Shown: positions 9,885-19,822 of the stretch, piece by piece
Layout: each line of letters opens with the position of its first letter
Numbering within the stretch: the stretch's first letter is position 1
Assembly: GCA_963726455.1 (NCBI GenBank)
Contig: CAVSCK010000004.1
Span: 1,312,001-1,376,000 of the forward strand
Reading direction: 5' to 3'
Origin: an uncultured bacterium
Lineage (GTDB): Bacteria > Zixibacteria > MSB-5A5 > CAIYYT01
DNA: 64,000 nucleotides
Translations under genes and position numbers: made by a program
Notes under the pieces: generated by a model
Told to the model about the DNA's origin: nothing
What the model saw: only the letters and a program-made list of their open reading frames with translations
Database searches by the model: none

Positions 9885-12800
9885 CTAGACTTTTTCGGCC
9901 GCCGCAGCTTCTGAGACAGTGGCCGGTTCTATCGAAGTCTTCTTGGTAGACAGGTATGTGTAGAGCGCCGGAATGACGAACAGTGTCAGACCCAGTGAGA
10001 ACAACAGTCCGCCGATAATAACAATACCCATCGAAACACGGCTTTTCGCTGCCGCACCCAGGGCGAGCGCGATCGGCAGCACGCCAAAAACAGTCGCCAG
10101 ACTTGTCATCACAATGGGCCTGAATCTCTGCGCTGCGGCATCGATAACGGCTTCCTTGATCGACAGCCCCTGCGCCTGGCGCTGGTTGGCGAATTCGACA
10201 ATCAAAATACCGTTCTTGGTGACAATTCCGACGAGCGCGATAATCCCGATCTGACTGAAAATGTTCAGCGTCTGCCCGAACAGCCACAGCGACAACACCG
10301 CCCCGGCTAGTGCCAGCGGCACCGTGAACATAATCGTGAGCGGATCGCGGAAACTCTCGAACTGCGCCGACAGAATGAGATAGACAAGCACGAGCGCCAA
10401 CAGAAATGCGAAGATCAGCGTGTTGGAGCTTTCCGCGTATTCCTTTGCGGTTCCGGCAAGACTGGTCGAGAACGTTTCATCGAGTGTGCCCGCGGCAATC
10501 TTGTCCATCTCCTTTATGCCGTCGCCGAGTGTAAATCCTTTTGACAGAGATGCCGACACAGTAGCCGATACGAATCTGTTGAAACGATATAGTTGTGGCG
10601 GGTTGCTGCGATAGGACATCTTGACGATGTTATCAAGCTGAATCAGCTCGTTGCGGCTGTTTCTGACGTAGATGGAGCTCAAATCAAGCGGTTCGTCGCG
10701 ATTCTGCCGGTTGGCCTGCGCGATGACTTGATACTGTTGGCCGTTGAGAACGAAGGTACCATAACGCTGGCCGCTGAAGTAGAGCTGCAGGGTCTGTGCG
10801 ATATCGCGTACCGTCACCCCCATCGCCCTGGCGCGGTCGCGGTCAATCTCCACGGTGAGTTCCGGCTTATTGAACTTGAGATCAAGATCAACCACTTGAA
10901 ATACCGAATCCGACTGAGCCTTCTCCATGAAGGCCGGCAACACGGCCTTGAGTTTCTCAAGCGTCGGCGCCTGAATTACGTATTGCACCGGCAATCCTCT
11001 GCCGCGTCCACCGCCGATCGTCTGCTCCTGTGTGACATAAGTTCTCGCAAAAGTATAATCCCGCAACTGCCGCGACACCGCGTCGGCGATTTCCTGCTGA
11101 GTCCGTTCGCGTTTGTCCGGACTCACCAAACCGATGCGTACGAATCCGCTGTTGGAGCCACCACCCATACCACCGCCGGTCACCGATAGGATGACGTCTT
11201 TTTCCGGCAGCGTATCGACAGTGGCAAGGATCTTACCCATGTAGCTGTACATGGCTTCATATGACGTGCCTTCCGGAGCAGTGGAATTGACCATCAGGCG
11301 GCTCTTGTCTTCCATCGGCGCCAGTTCCGAACGCAGCAATGCGCCCAGTCCGAAGATGATCGCAACTGACACGGCCATCACTACCAGCGCCAGGTAACGG
11401 CGATTAACAAATGTTCGCAGTGACCGGTGATAACTTGAGTGGAGCCGGTTGAACCAGCGCTCGCTGAGTTCGAAAAACTTGCTTTCATGTTCCGTCTTAT
11501 GAAGAATTCGGGCGCTCATCATCGGCGTCAAGGTTAATGACACAAACGCTGAGATTAGAACTGAGCCCGCCACCACAACGCCAAATTCCCGGAACAACCT
11601 GCCGGTGATGCCCTGCAGGAACATGATGGGCAGGAACACTGAAGCCAGCGTAATCGTGGTCGAAATGATCGCGAAGTAGATTTCCTTGGACCCCTTAAAT
11701 CCGGCGTCAATCGGTTTCATTCCCGCTTCAATTTTCTTGTAGATATTTTCCAGCACAACTATCGCGTCATCAACGACGATACCGGTCGACAGGACAATCG
11801 CCAGGAGGGTTAGAATGTTGATCGAGAATCCAGCGATGTACATGATAAAGAAGGAGCCGACCAGTGAGATAGGAATCGCCAACATGGGAATGATTGTCGT
11901 GCGCCAATGTCGCAGGAAGACGAAGATCACCAACAGCACCAGCAAGAATGCAATCAGAATCGTCTCGACAACTTCGCTGATGGCCTTCCGGATGTTGGTC
12001 GTGGTATCCATGGCGACCGTGACTTTGACATCCTCCGGCAAGTCCTTTTTGATCTGGGCCAGACGTTTGTAGAAGGCATCGGCAATGGCAATCTGGTTGG
12101 CGCCTGATTGTGGAACCATATTGACGGACACCATCGGAATTCCGCCGTTGCCCAGCATGATGGAACGCTCGTTTTCCGCCATCAAGACTGCTTGCCCGAC
12201 ATCTCGGAATTTCACGACCGAGCCGTTTTCACTTTTGATGATCAATTCATTGAATTCCTCCGGCGTGGTCAAACGACCGAAGGTGCGAATCGGAAGCTCA
12301 GTGTTATATCCTTCGATACGCCCCGATGGAAGTTCAACATTCTCGCGGTCCAGCGCATTCTTTACATCAAGCGGTGTCAACCCCTGGGCGGCCAAACGTG
12401 CCGGATCGATCAGGAGTTTCATGGCGTATCGCTTTTCACCCCAGATTCCGATTTCGCTGACTCCGGGCAGAGTCTGCAGACGTTCTTTGAATATGTCGTT
12501 GGCGAGTGCTGATAATTCGAGCAGGTTGCGCTTGTCGCTTTGCAGCGTCAGCGAGATGATCGGGTTGGCGTCGGCGTCTGCTTTCGAGATCGTCGGCGGA
12601 TCAACATCCGGTGGCAGGTCATGTGAGGCGCGTGACACTTTGTCGCGGACATCATTTGCCGCCGCCTCCATGTCGACTCCCAGTTCGAACTCGACGGTAA
12701 TGCGGCTGCGTCCGTCACTGCTGGACGAAGTCAGCGAGCGAATTCCCGCGATGCCGTTGATTGATTCTTCCAGCACCTCAGTGACTTGCGATTCGATGAC

Positions 12801-12971
12801 ATCAGCGTTGGCGCCCGTGTAGCTTGTGCTCACCGTGACAATCGGCGGATCGACGTTCGGATATTCCCGTACGCCCAGGAAGAAGTATCCGATGCCGCCA
12901 AAGATGACGATCAAAATCGAAAGTACGATAGAGAGTACGGGCCGGCTAATACAAACGTGGGAGATGTTCAT
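9885..12971 (-). CDS. RND efflux transporter permease (AcrB/MdtC family)
   Basis: 1028 aa; GIVVDDAIVVLENI, GIVTKNGILIVEF, RFRPIVMTS. Confidence 0.95.
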   Translation of the reverse strand: MNISHVCISRPVLSIVLSILIVIFGGIGYFFLGVREYPNVDPPIVTVSTSYTGANADVIESQVTEVLEESINGIAGIRSLTSSSSDGRSRITVEFELGVDMEAAANDVRDKVSRASHDLPPDVDPPTISKADADANPIISLTLQSDKRNLLELSALANDIFKERLQTLPGVSEIGIWGEKRYAMKLLIDPARLAAQGLTPLDVKNALDRENVELPSGRIEGYNTELPIRTFGRLTTPEEFNELIIKSENGSVVKFRDVGQAVLMAENERSIMLGNGGIPMVSVNMVPQSGANQIAIADAFYKRLAQIKKDLPEDVKVTVAMDTTTNIRKAISEVVETILIAFLLVLLVIFVFLRHWRTTIIPMLAIPISLVGSFFIMYIAGFSINILTLLAIVLSTGIVVDDAIVVLENIYKKIEAGMKPIDAGFKGSKEIYFAIISTTITLASVFLPIMFLQGITGRLFREFGVVVAGSVLISAFVSLTLTPMMSARILHKTEHESKFFELSERWFNRLHSSYHRSLRTFVNRRYLALVVMAVSVAIIFGLGALLRSELAPMEDKSRLMVNSTAPEGTSYEAMYSYMGKILATVDTLPEKDVILSVTGGGMGGGSNSGFVRIGLVSPDKRERTQQEIADAVSRQLRDYTFARTYVTQEQTIGGGRGRGLPVQYVIQAPTLEKLKAVLPAFMEKAQSDSVFQVVDLDLKFNKPELTVEIDRDRARAMGVTVRDIAQTLQLYFSGQRYGTFVLNGQQYQVIAQANRQNRDEPLDLSSIYVRNSRNELIQLDNIVKMSYRSNPPQLYRFNRFVSATVSASLSKGFTLGDGIKEMDKIAAGTLDETFSTSLAGTAKEYAESSNTLIFAFLLALVLVYLILSAQFESFRDPLTIMFTVPLALAGAVLSLWLFGQTLNIFSQIGIIALVGIVTKNGILIVEFANQRQAQGLSIKEAVIDAAAQRFRPIVMTSLATVFGVLPIALALGAAAKSRVSMGIVIIGGLLFSLGLTLFVIPALYTYLSTKKTSIEPATVSEAAAAEKV

Positions 12972-12985
12972 TTACTATAACGGCG

Positions 12986-14062
12986 TCAGTTACTCTGAAG
13001 AGATTTAACGGTAACGCCCTTGCCATCGGCAAGCTGCAGCAGGCCGGTGATGATGAGCGTATCGTTGGTTGACAACCCCGCCGTTACTTGTATGCCCCTG
13101 TCTGTTCTGATTCCAGTTTTGACCGGCACGGACTTCGCCTTGCCATTAACACAGAGGAAGACTTTTTCCGCATTCAGTTCAGGAATTACGGCGCCGGACG
13201 GTATCACGATCGCATTCTCAAGTTCTTCCAGTTTGATTTCTACTCTGGCAAAAGAACCCGGAATCAGAGTCCCCGTGGAATTGGGAATTCTGCCGCGGGC
13301 CTTGATCGTGCGAGTGTTGAGATCAATCTTGGTCTCGACTGCATAAATCGTTCCCGGAATAGAATCCTGCTGCTCGCCCGCCAACAGCACGAGGTTCATG
13401 CCGTTTTTCAAGCGCGTGGCGTACTTCTCCGGCACGGAGAACTCAACCTTGATCGGATCCAGTTCCTGCATGGTCGCCACCAACATGCTCGGTGATACGT
13501 AACCGCCGGGACTGACATAACGGAGGCCGACCACGCCGTTGAACGGCGCGCGAATTTCCGTCTTGCCGATTTGCGTTTCGATAAGTTCTTTCTCCGCCTG
13601 CAACAGATTCAAGGCGTTCAGCGCTTTGTCGTATTCTTCCTGACTGATGGCCTTGATGTCGAAAAGACTTTTCTCCCGTTGTTCTTCGGCGGCGGCAAGT
13701 TTCTCTTCAAGTTCCTTGCGTTTGTGTTGCGCCTGCAACTCGCTGTCGTCAATCTTAAGCATCAACGCGCCTTTGGTAATTCGACTCCCTTCCTGGAAAT
13801 AGACTCCAACGACGCGTCCCGAAGTTTCCGGCCGCAACTCAACTTCCTCGTTGGCAAGCAGAGTGCCGGTAGCGGTGATCTTATTCTCTAACGGTCGCGC
13901 TTGGACCAAAACTGCGTCAACTGACAGCGCCGCGCTACGGGCGCTAGAGCCACTGCGATCTACTTGTTTGCCGTTTCCCTGGCCACAGCCAAGTATCAGA
14001 ATACTCGACATTACGACACAGAAGAATATGGCAGCTATATGTTTAGCGGGATGATTTTCCAT
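12986..14062 (-). CDS. RND periplasmic adaptor (MFP) lipoprotein
   Basis: Lipobox-like ILGC; IRAPFNGVVG, IKVEFSVPE, LIPGSFARV. Confidence 0.93.
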   Translation of the reverse strand: MENHPAKHIAAIFFCVVMSSILILGCGQGNGKQVDRSGSSARSAALSVDAVLVQARPLENKITATGTLLANEEVELRPETSGRVVGVYFQEGSRITKGALMLKIDDSELQAQHKRKELEEKLAAAEEQREKSLFDIKAISQEEYDKALNALNLLQAEKELIETQIGKTEIRAPFNGVVGLRYVSPGGYVSPSMLVATMQELDPIKVEFSVPEKYATRLKNGMNLVLLAGEQQDSIPGTIYAVETKIDLNTRTIKARGRIPNSTGTLIPGSFARVEIKLEELENAIVIPSGAVIPELNAEKVFLCVNGKAKSVPVKTGIRTDRGIQVTAGLSTNDTLIITGLLQLADGKGVTVKSLQSN

Positions 14063-14260
14063 TGTAGTTTTTTTGTTCGACTCCACAGCGCGGTTTCTGT
14101 TCACTCGTAATATGTGACACTAGTTCAAGATACAAACTTGCGCCCGTGAATCCAAACTTCTTTTGTGCAGTAACAAATGCGGGAAGCTCGGCCGGGACAC
14201 GTCAAACACTTTCTGCGTCTTCAGCCCGAATTGGTATCCGACAGTGCCGCCTTATCACGA

Positions 14261-14279
14261 CATGATACCCATTATCATG
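14261..14279. promoter_or_regulatory. Palindromic operator, Fur-box-like
   Basis: CATGATA-CCCAT-TATCATG. The core TGATACCCATTATCA differs at two positions from TGATAATCATTATCA. Lies between divergent genes. Confidence 0.4.
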
Positions 14280-14437
14280 CAATAGTTTACCATGGCGGCG
14301 TTAGGCGTGACAGATGAACCCTCTCGTTTCTCCGCTTGGGGGTCGCAGTGAGAAGATGCATTCGCCGCGAAATTTCGGGTAAATAGCAGTACCTTACTTG
14401 TATTAGGCCACACAAATAACTAGTCTTGGCGACGCGA

Positions 14438-15262
14438 ATGAACGTTTTGGGTCTGGTTAGAAAATACGGATCACCGCCGTACCGCGCTGCAGCACTACAT
14501 GGCGGACCCGGTGCTCCCGGATACATGGCGCCGGTCGCACGCGAGCTGGCAAAGTCGATGGGTGTTCTTGAGCCGTTACAGTCGAAGGATTCCCTGGCAG
14601 GCCAGATCGACGAACTGATTCAGCAGTTGGCGCTGAACACAAGCCGGCCATTGACGCTCATCGGCTCCTCCTGGGGAGCGGTGCTCGCCCTCTTTGTCGC
14701 CGCTCGAAGAGAAGACCTGATTAACAAACTAATCCTAATCGGTAGTGCGGTGTTCGACGCTGAAACTTCGCAGAGCACTAAAGACCGCCGTCGCGAACGG
14801 CTGACCGTGCAACAGCGACAAAGACATGATGAACTTCTGGGAGAAATGGTTCACTCCGAGGGCGAAACCAAGGATCGGCTGTTTGCGGAATGGGCAAATC
14901 TATTCTTCAATACGGACGTTTACGATCCGCTGACGCGCGACTTGGAGACTATCGAGGCACAACCCGAAGTGAACGACAAGGTTTGGTCGGATTTCAAAGT
15001 TCTCAGAGACACACCCGGGTTTCTGGAAAGCGAGTTTGCCAAGATCAGAATGCCGGTCGTGGTTATTCACGGCGAATATGACCCGCACCCCATCGAGGGA
15101 ATCCGCCCGTTCCTGCGGTCGGTGTTGCTGGATGTCAAGTTTCACATCTTAAGCAACTGCGGACACTATCCCTGGATAGAACGCCGCGCCAGAGACCAAT
15201 TTTTCCAATTGCTCCTTGGCGAGATCCCCCCTTATTTCCCACCCCCAGCAGCCCGAACCTAG
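14438..15262 (+). CDS. Alpha/beta-fold hydrolase (proline iminopeptidase-like)
   Basis: HGGPG, nucleophile elbow GSSWG, HGEYD, CGHYPW. Confidence 0.88.
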   Translation: MNVLGLVRKYGSPPYRAAALHGGPGAPGYMAPVARELAKSMGVLEPLQSKDSLAGQIDELIQQLALNTSRPLTLIGSSWGAVLALFVAARREDLINKLILIGSAVFDAETSQSTKDRRRERLTVQQRQRHDELLGEMVHSEGETKDRLFAEWANLFFNTDVYDPLTRDLETIEAQPEVNDKVWSDFKVLRDTPGFLESEFAKIRMPVVVIHGEYDPHPIEGIRPFLRSVLLDVKFHILSNCGHYPWIERRARDQFFQLLLGEIPPYFPPPAART

Positions 15263-15272
15263 CCCGATTGCA

Positions 15273-18200
15273 TCAGAATCCCGGCGAAATATTGAATTGC
15301 CAGAAAGCGCCCTTCATAGGCCGGTCGATCGGTTTGACGTAATCGACCTCCAAGACCAGATAACCCGCCAGATTAAGCCGGGCCAATGCGCCGTAACTGC
15401 GAACAGGATCGCGAGTGCCGTGCGCGAGGAACGACGGCTGTATTGCACTGCTCCACGCCACGCCCGCGTCATAGAACACACCCGTTTCCAGCGGCAGGAA
15501 GCCATAGAAGCCCTTGCCAATACCTAGAACTCCCAGGAGTGGAAATCGCAATTCGAAATTGGCGACCGCCATCTTGCTGCCGAAAAGCCGGTTGAAGTTC
15601 TCGCAAGCGGTGTCTCCGTTGCACTCGGAGGCGCTGAATGAACCTGCGTCGTAACCTCTGACCAAATCCTGATAACCGATGAACAGTGGCGTCAGGCGGC
15701 CATCCTCGGCGCCGCCTCCGTATCGTCCGTAGTGCATCAGCCGAACCGCAAACGTGAAATGCCTGATCGGCATGAAGTAACGGCGGTAATCGGCAAGCAC
15801 CGTGAAGAAGTCAATTGTGCCGGCATACGGTGACACCTCCAACCTGTACCTTTGTCCCAGCACCGGGCTCGTAGCGCCATAGATGGCATTATCGAAAACA
15901 AACGCGGCCTGCGCCGTGGCCAGGTTGATCGCGCCGGGAGTGGGCAAGGTGATCGTCTGGTCGGAAATGAGCGTATCATTGTTCGCATCGAAGACTTGTG
16001 TTTGCACTTTCTGAGAAAAGCTCACGTGAGTGAACCCGGCGGAGAACTCCATTCGTTTGGTGCGATCGAAAGGGTACGCAGCCAGTCCGGCCACCTCACG
16101 ATTCATCTGTCGATATGTAAACAGTTGTTGCGCGATTGCCGGCGTGGAGCCGACCATCCCATAGCCGGTTCCGTACTGTATCAGTGTGTAAGGAACCTGC
16201 TGCACTATCCCGCCCCAATTCCAGCGATGTTTGTTGTTTTGATAACCGACCAGCCCCCCGAAGTCTGTATAGCCACCATCAGTCTGTAATTGGATTGCCG
16301 TCACCAAATCGCGATCGCCGAGCATGTCACTCCAAAACAGCGCCACTCCTCCTCCCAGTTGAGCACCCAATTGGTCGAATCCGGCTGCCACATACGGCTG
16401 GCCGACGAAGTCGATCGACAATCCGGGGTGATAGTCCTTCACCGAATATTTCTCGACCGGCGGGAGGCCAAAGCTGGCGCTGTCAAGTAGTGCCACTAAT
16501 TGTCCGCCGTTCTGATCCGGCGGAGGCAACATTGCAGGATTTGCCGGCAGCGAGTCCTTGGCCATCTGCGCCTGAATCTCTGAGACCGGGACGCCGGAAA
16601 GTGTGTCGGGAGAATCGATCGTGTAAATGTTGTACTTGCTGTCTTCGTAGGCGCTGAAGACCATTCGGTTGGCTTTGGCTGCGACCGACATTCCGGGGCT
16701 TATTCCCGTGATGCCGCTAACACCGGCATACAGATTCGTCACCTGGAAAACTTTGTCATCCTTCAGTCCAAAGCGATAGATATTCGATATTCCGTCCTCG
16801 TCCGACAGATAGTAAATGCTCGCGCCATCCGCTGACCACTGCGGATTGATTTGCTTGCCTTTCCCCGGTATGTTGAGCGACGTGATCTTTCCCGAAATCG
16901 GGTCCATCGTAGCTATTTGGTACTTGCCGAATTTGAGCAACGTCAAATCAGTGGAGTAGCGATCGGTAACGAAGGCAATCTGTTTGCCGTCAGGCGACCA
17001 GGACGGCTGCAAGTCGGCGTAGGCGTCCTCGGTGAGACGGCGCAGACTGTCACTTTGGAGATCATACAAGAACATGTCGGAATAGCCGCCGACCAGCGCC
17101 GAGAATGCGATGTATCGTCCGTCGGGTGACCAGGCGGGGTTATAGACTTCGTCCAGTTGCTTCAGGTCGATTTCGCGAACGACCTTGTCCTTGCCAATAT
17201 CCAGAATCGAAAGCGCCGGCTTATCTTTGACGACCGCCGAAAACACAATCTGCTTGCCGTCCGGGCTCCACGCGCCGGCAGAATAGATGAATTCGAGACT
17301 CGAAAAATGCGGATCAAGTTCGGTTCGCACGATATTCTTCTTTATCTTGCCCGTCTGGGCATCGGCCAGGAACAGGTCGATGGCAAACTGGCTCTTCTCG
17401 GAAAAGAAAATCAAGTCCTTTCCGTCCGGACTCAATACCGGCCCGACGTTGAGTTCGCCACCTCCACGTTTCTCACTGATAATCTGCGGGCCGTAGTCGC
17501 CCGGTGACTTTGTAACTTTGAGATACGGATCGTAAGTCTGATGCATTGAGGCATGCCACTGCTCGGCGAGTGCCTTCGGATCAATTTTGAGTACCTGCTT
17601 GATCGCCAGATCTAGGTTTCCGGTTCGCCCCGCCGTAGTCAGCAAGTCCCCTATCACTTCGTCTCCCCAGTGCCCGGCAATGTACGCCAGCAGCGCCTGT
17701 CCCCAGCGGTATGGAAACAGTTGGGGGTTATCCAGGTCGCCCACCGAAGGAAGTTTCTTCATTGACTTCGTGGCATCCCGCATCCACATCGCAGTATTGG
17801 GATCTACCGGCCCCAGCGACATATACTCCGCCATTCCTTCGATGAACCAGAGCGGCAATCTCTCCACAACCGGACCTTCTATCGAGGATCGTCCGCCTCG
17901 CTGGCCGGTGATACTGTACTGAAACGCGTGCACCAACTCATGCCCGATAACGTGATCGGTTTCGGCAAGCGGTCCGGCAAACGGCAGGACAATTCGTCGC
18001 TTCATCGCCTCCGTAACACCGCCCGTTCCTTCGCCCAACTGGCCGGAAATCACATTCGTTTCGCCGAATTGTGGACCGCTGGCATACAGAATCAGCGGCT
18101 GCCGGCCGATCAAATCGCGGCCAAACATCTTTTGGTGCCGGGCGTACCAGCGCTCCGCCATCCGCGCGGCATCGTTGACTGCGATTTCTTCCTGCGGGTA

Positions 18201-18368
18201 ATAATAAATGTCGAAGTGTTCGGTCTTCAGGATTTTGAAGTCGAAACTGCGGTAAACAACTTTGTTCTGACCGAAGTATTGCGCAGTCGCCTGCTGAGTT
18301 ATCGGTCCCGAGCAAACTACAAAGGTGATGACAAGGGCCAATCTGACATAACGGTTCCAGATCGACAT
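15273..18368 (-). CDS. Omp85/BamA-family barrel fused to an N-terminal gluzincin-like peptidase domain and a TolB-like PD40 propeller
   Basis: Signal peptide; HELVH...WFIEGMAEY; repeated P.WSPDG motifs; VRGY motif; NFELRFP; C-terminal FWQFNISPGF. Confidence 0.85.
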   Translation of the reverse strand: MSIWNRYVRLALVITFVVCSGPITQQATAQYFGQNKVVYRSFDFKILKTEHFDIYYYPQEEIAVNDAARMAERWYARHQKMFGRDLIGRQPLILYASGPQFGETNVISGQLGEGTGGVTEAMKRRIVLPFAGPLAETDHVIGHELVHAFQYSITGQRGGRSSIEGPVVERLPLWFIEGMAEYMSLGPVDPNTAMWMRDATKSMKKLPSVGDLDNPQLFPYRWGQALLAYIAGHWGDEVIGDLLTTAGRTGNLDLAIKQVLKIDPKALAEQWHASMHQTYDPYLKVTKSPGDYGPQIISEKRGGGELNVGPVLSPDGKDLIFFSEKSQFAIDLFLADAQTGKIKKNIVRTELDPHFSSLEFIYSAGAWSPDGKQIVFSAVVKDKPALSILDIGKDKVVREIDLKQLDEVYNPAWSPDGRYIAFSALVGGYSDMFLYDLQSDSLRRLTEDAYADLQPSWSPDGKQIAFVTDRYSTDLTLLKFGKYQIATMDPISGKITSLNIPGKGKQINPQWSADGASIYYLSDEDGISNIYRFGLKDDKVFQVTNLYAGVSGITGISPGMSVAAKANRMVFSAYEDSKYNIYTIDSPDTLSGVPVSEIQAQMAKDSLPANPAMLPPPDQNGGQLVALLDSASFGLPPVEKYSVKDYHPGLSIDFVGQPYVAAGFDQLGAQLGGGVALFWSDMLGDRDLVTAIQLQTDGGYTDFGGLVGYQNNKHRWNWGGIVQQVPYTLIQYGTGYGMVGSTPAIAQQLFTYRQMNREVAGLAAYPFDRTKRMEFSAGFTHVSFSQKVQTQVFDANNDTLISDQTITLPTPGAINLATAQAAFVFDNAIYGATSPVLGQRYRLEVSPYAGTIDFFTVLADYRRYFMPIRHFTFAVRLMHYGRYGGGAEDGRLTPLFIGYQDLVRGYDAGSFSASECNGDTACENFNRLFGSKMAVANFELRFPLLGVLGIGKGFYGFLPLETGVFYDAGVAWSSAIQPSFLAHGTRDPVRSYGALARLNLAGYLVLEVDYVKPIDRPMKGAFWQFNISPGF

Positions 18369-18768
18369 ACAACCCTCCTAGCTTTCTCTAACACGGAAAT
18401 CAAAGCTTGTCGGCGTACTTGTCTGGCAAGCCGGCCGGAACTCACTCTTGGTCTTGGCGATACCGGGCAACATCCCGCCCGGTAATACCCCATTCAGGCA
18501 GCTATTTACCAAATCCATTCCGGCTACACAAACACATAATGGTTACGGGATGGCCAGATCGTTTGCTTGCACCGCGGCAAATAAAGTGGTCAGATCCCAC
18601 TTCAATCAACTTCTTCAGTTGATAACGTTTAGACCTGCCCCAAGTTCCTGTCTGACGCCCACCCGCCGGAACAATTCTCAGCTTATTGGAACTAATCAGC
18701 GATCATTCTTGTTCAGTTCTTATGACCGGTTCCGTGGTGGGGGTTGTTCGGTGTTGCGGAGTTGCCAC

Positions 18769-19746
18769 ATGGGCTACAAAAAGATTTCTGCCTGGGTTTT
18801 AGTAATAATCGGTGCGGTTGCGTTGCTACATGCGTTCAATCTTAGAACGTCGGCTGCGCAGCATGCGCAGGACCGCAATTCAGCAGGGAAAGCAATGAAC
18901 TATCATAAACTAACGCCGGAGGAGGAACGCGTCATCGTTGGCAAAGAGACCGAGCCGCCGTTTTCCGGGGAATATTATCTGAACAAAGAAGCGGGCACCT
19001 ATACCTGCAAGCGTTGCGGTGCTCCGCTTTATCGCTCAACAGACAAATTCGACGCCGGCTGTGGCTGGCCCAGCTTTGATGATGCTATCCCCGGCGCCGT
19101 GAAGATGACGACCGATCCGGACGGCATGCGAGCCGAGATATCCTGCGCCAACTGTGGAGCACACCTCGGGCATGTTTTCGAGGGCGAGCAATTTACCCCT
19201 AAGAACATTCGCTATTGCGTGAATTCCATTTCGATGAATTTCGTACCTGCAAGTCAGCAAGTGGCAACCCAAAAGGCCTACTTTGCGGGCGGCTGTTTTT
19301 GGGGAACCGAGTATCTGCTCGAGAAAGCGGATGGAGTTGTATCCGCTCGCGTCGGTTACATGGGTGGTCACACCGAGAATCCCACTTACGAAGAGGTATG
19401 CACGGGCCGCACCGGGCACGCCGAGACAACGGAACTGGTATTCGACCCCGCCAAGACCACTTATGAGAAACTGGCTCGTCTGTTCTTCGAGATACACGAT
19501 CCGACGCAAATGGATCGTCAGGGTCCGGATATCGGCAAGCAGTACCGATCTGCAATCTTCTATGTCGATGATAACCAGCGTCAGGTAGCCGAGAAACTAA
19601 TCGGCATACTCAAGGCCAAAGGATACAACGTCGTCACCGAAGTTAGGCAAGCCGACGCATTCTGGCCTGCAGAAGACTACCATCAGGAATACTACGACAA
19701 TAACGGCCATCAGCCCTACTGCCACGTATACACGAAGCGCTTCTAG
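18769..19746 (+). CDS. msrAB: Bifunctional methionine sulfoxide reductase MsrB-MsrA, probably exported
   Basis: MsrB GCGWPSF, HLGHVF, RYCVNS with two CxxC; MsrA GGCFWG, GHAE, AEDYHQ. Hydrophobic signal follows the ATG at 18769. Confidence 0.93.
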   Translation: MGYKKISAWVLVIIGAVALLHAFNLRTSAAQHAQDRNSAGKAMNYHKLTPEEERVIVGKETEPPFSGEYYLNKEAGTYTCKRCGAPLYRSTDKFDAGCGWPSFDDAIPGAVKMTTDPDGMRAEISCANCGAHLGHVFEGEQFTPKNIRYCVNSISMNFVPASQQVATQKAYFAGGCFWGTEYLLEKADGVVSARVGYMGGHTENPTYEEVCTGRTGHAETTELVFDPAKTTYEKLARLFFEIHDPTQMDRQGPDIGKQYRSAIFYVDDNQRQVAEKLIGILKAKGYNVVTEVRQADAFWPAEDYHQEYYDNNGHQPYCHVYTKRF

Positions 19747-19822
19747 CCCAGTTCAGCAAGACCGAAGTCAACCGGGGCTGCGGCACGACTTAGCTTTCTC
19801 ATAATTCATGAAGACTCTCCTG

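Noticed and set aside
12085-12822. Long antisense ORFs (also 32569-33459, 50195-50998, 26514-27269, 57473-58363)
   Set aside because: Shadow ORFs opposite well-supported genes in GC-rich DNA, with no motifs.
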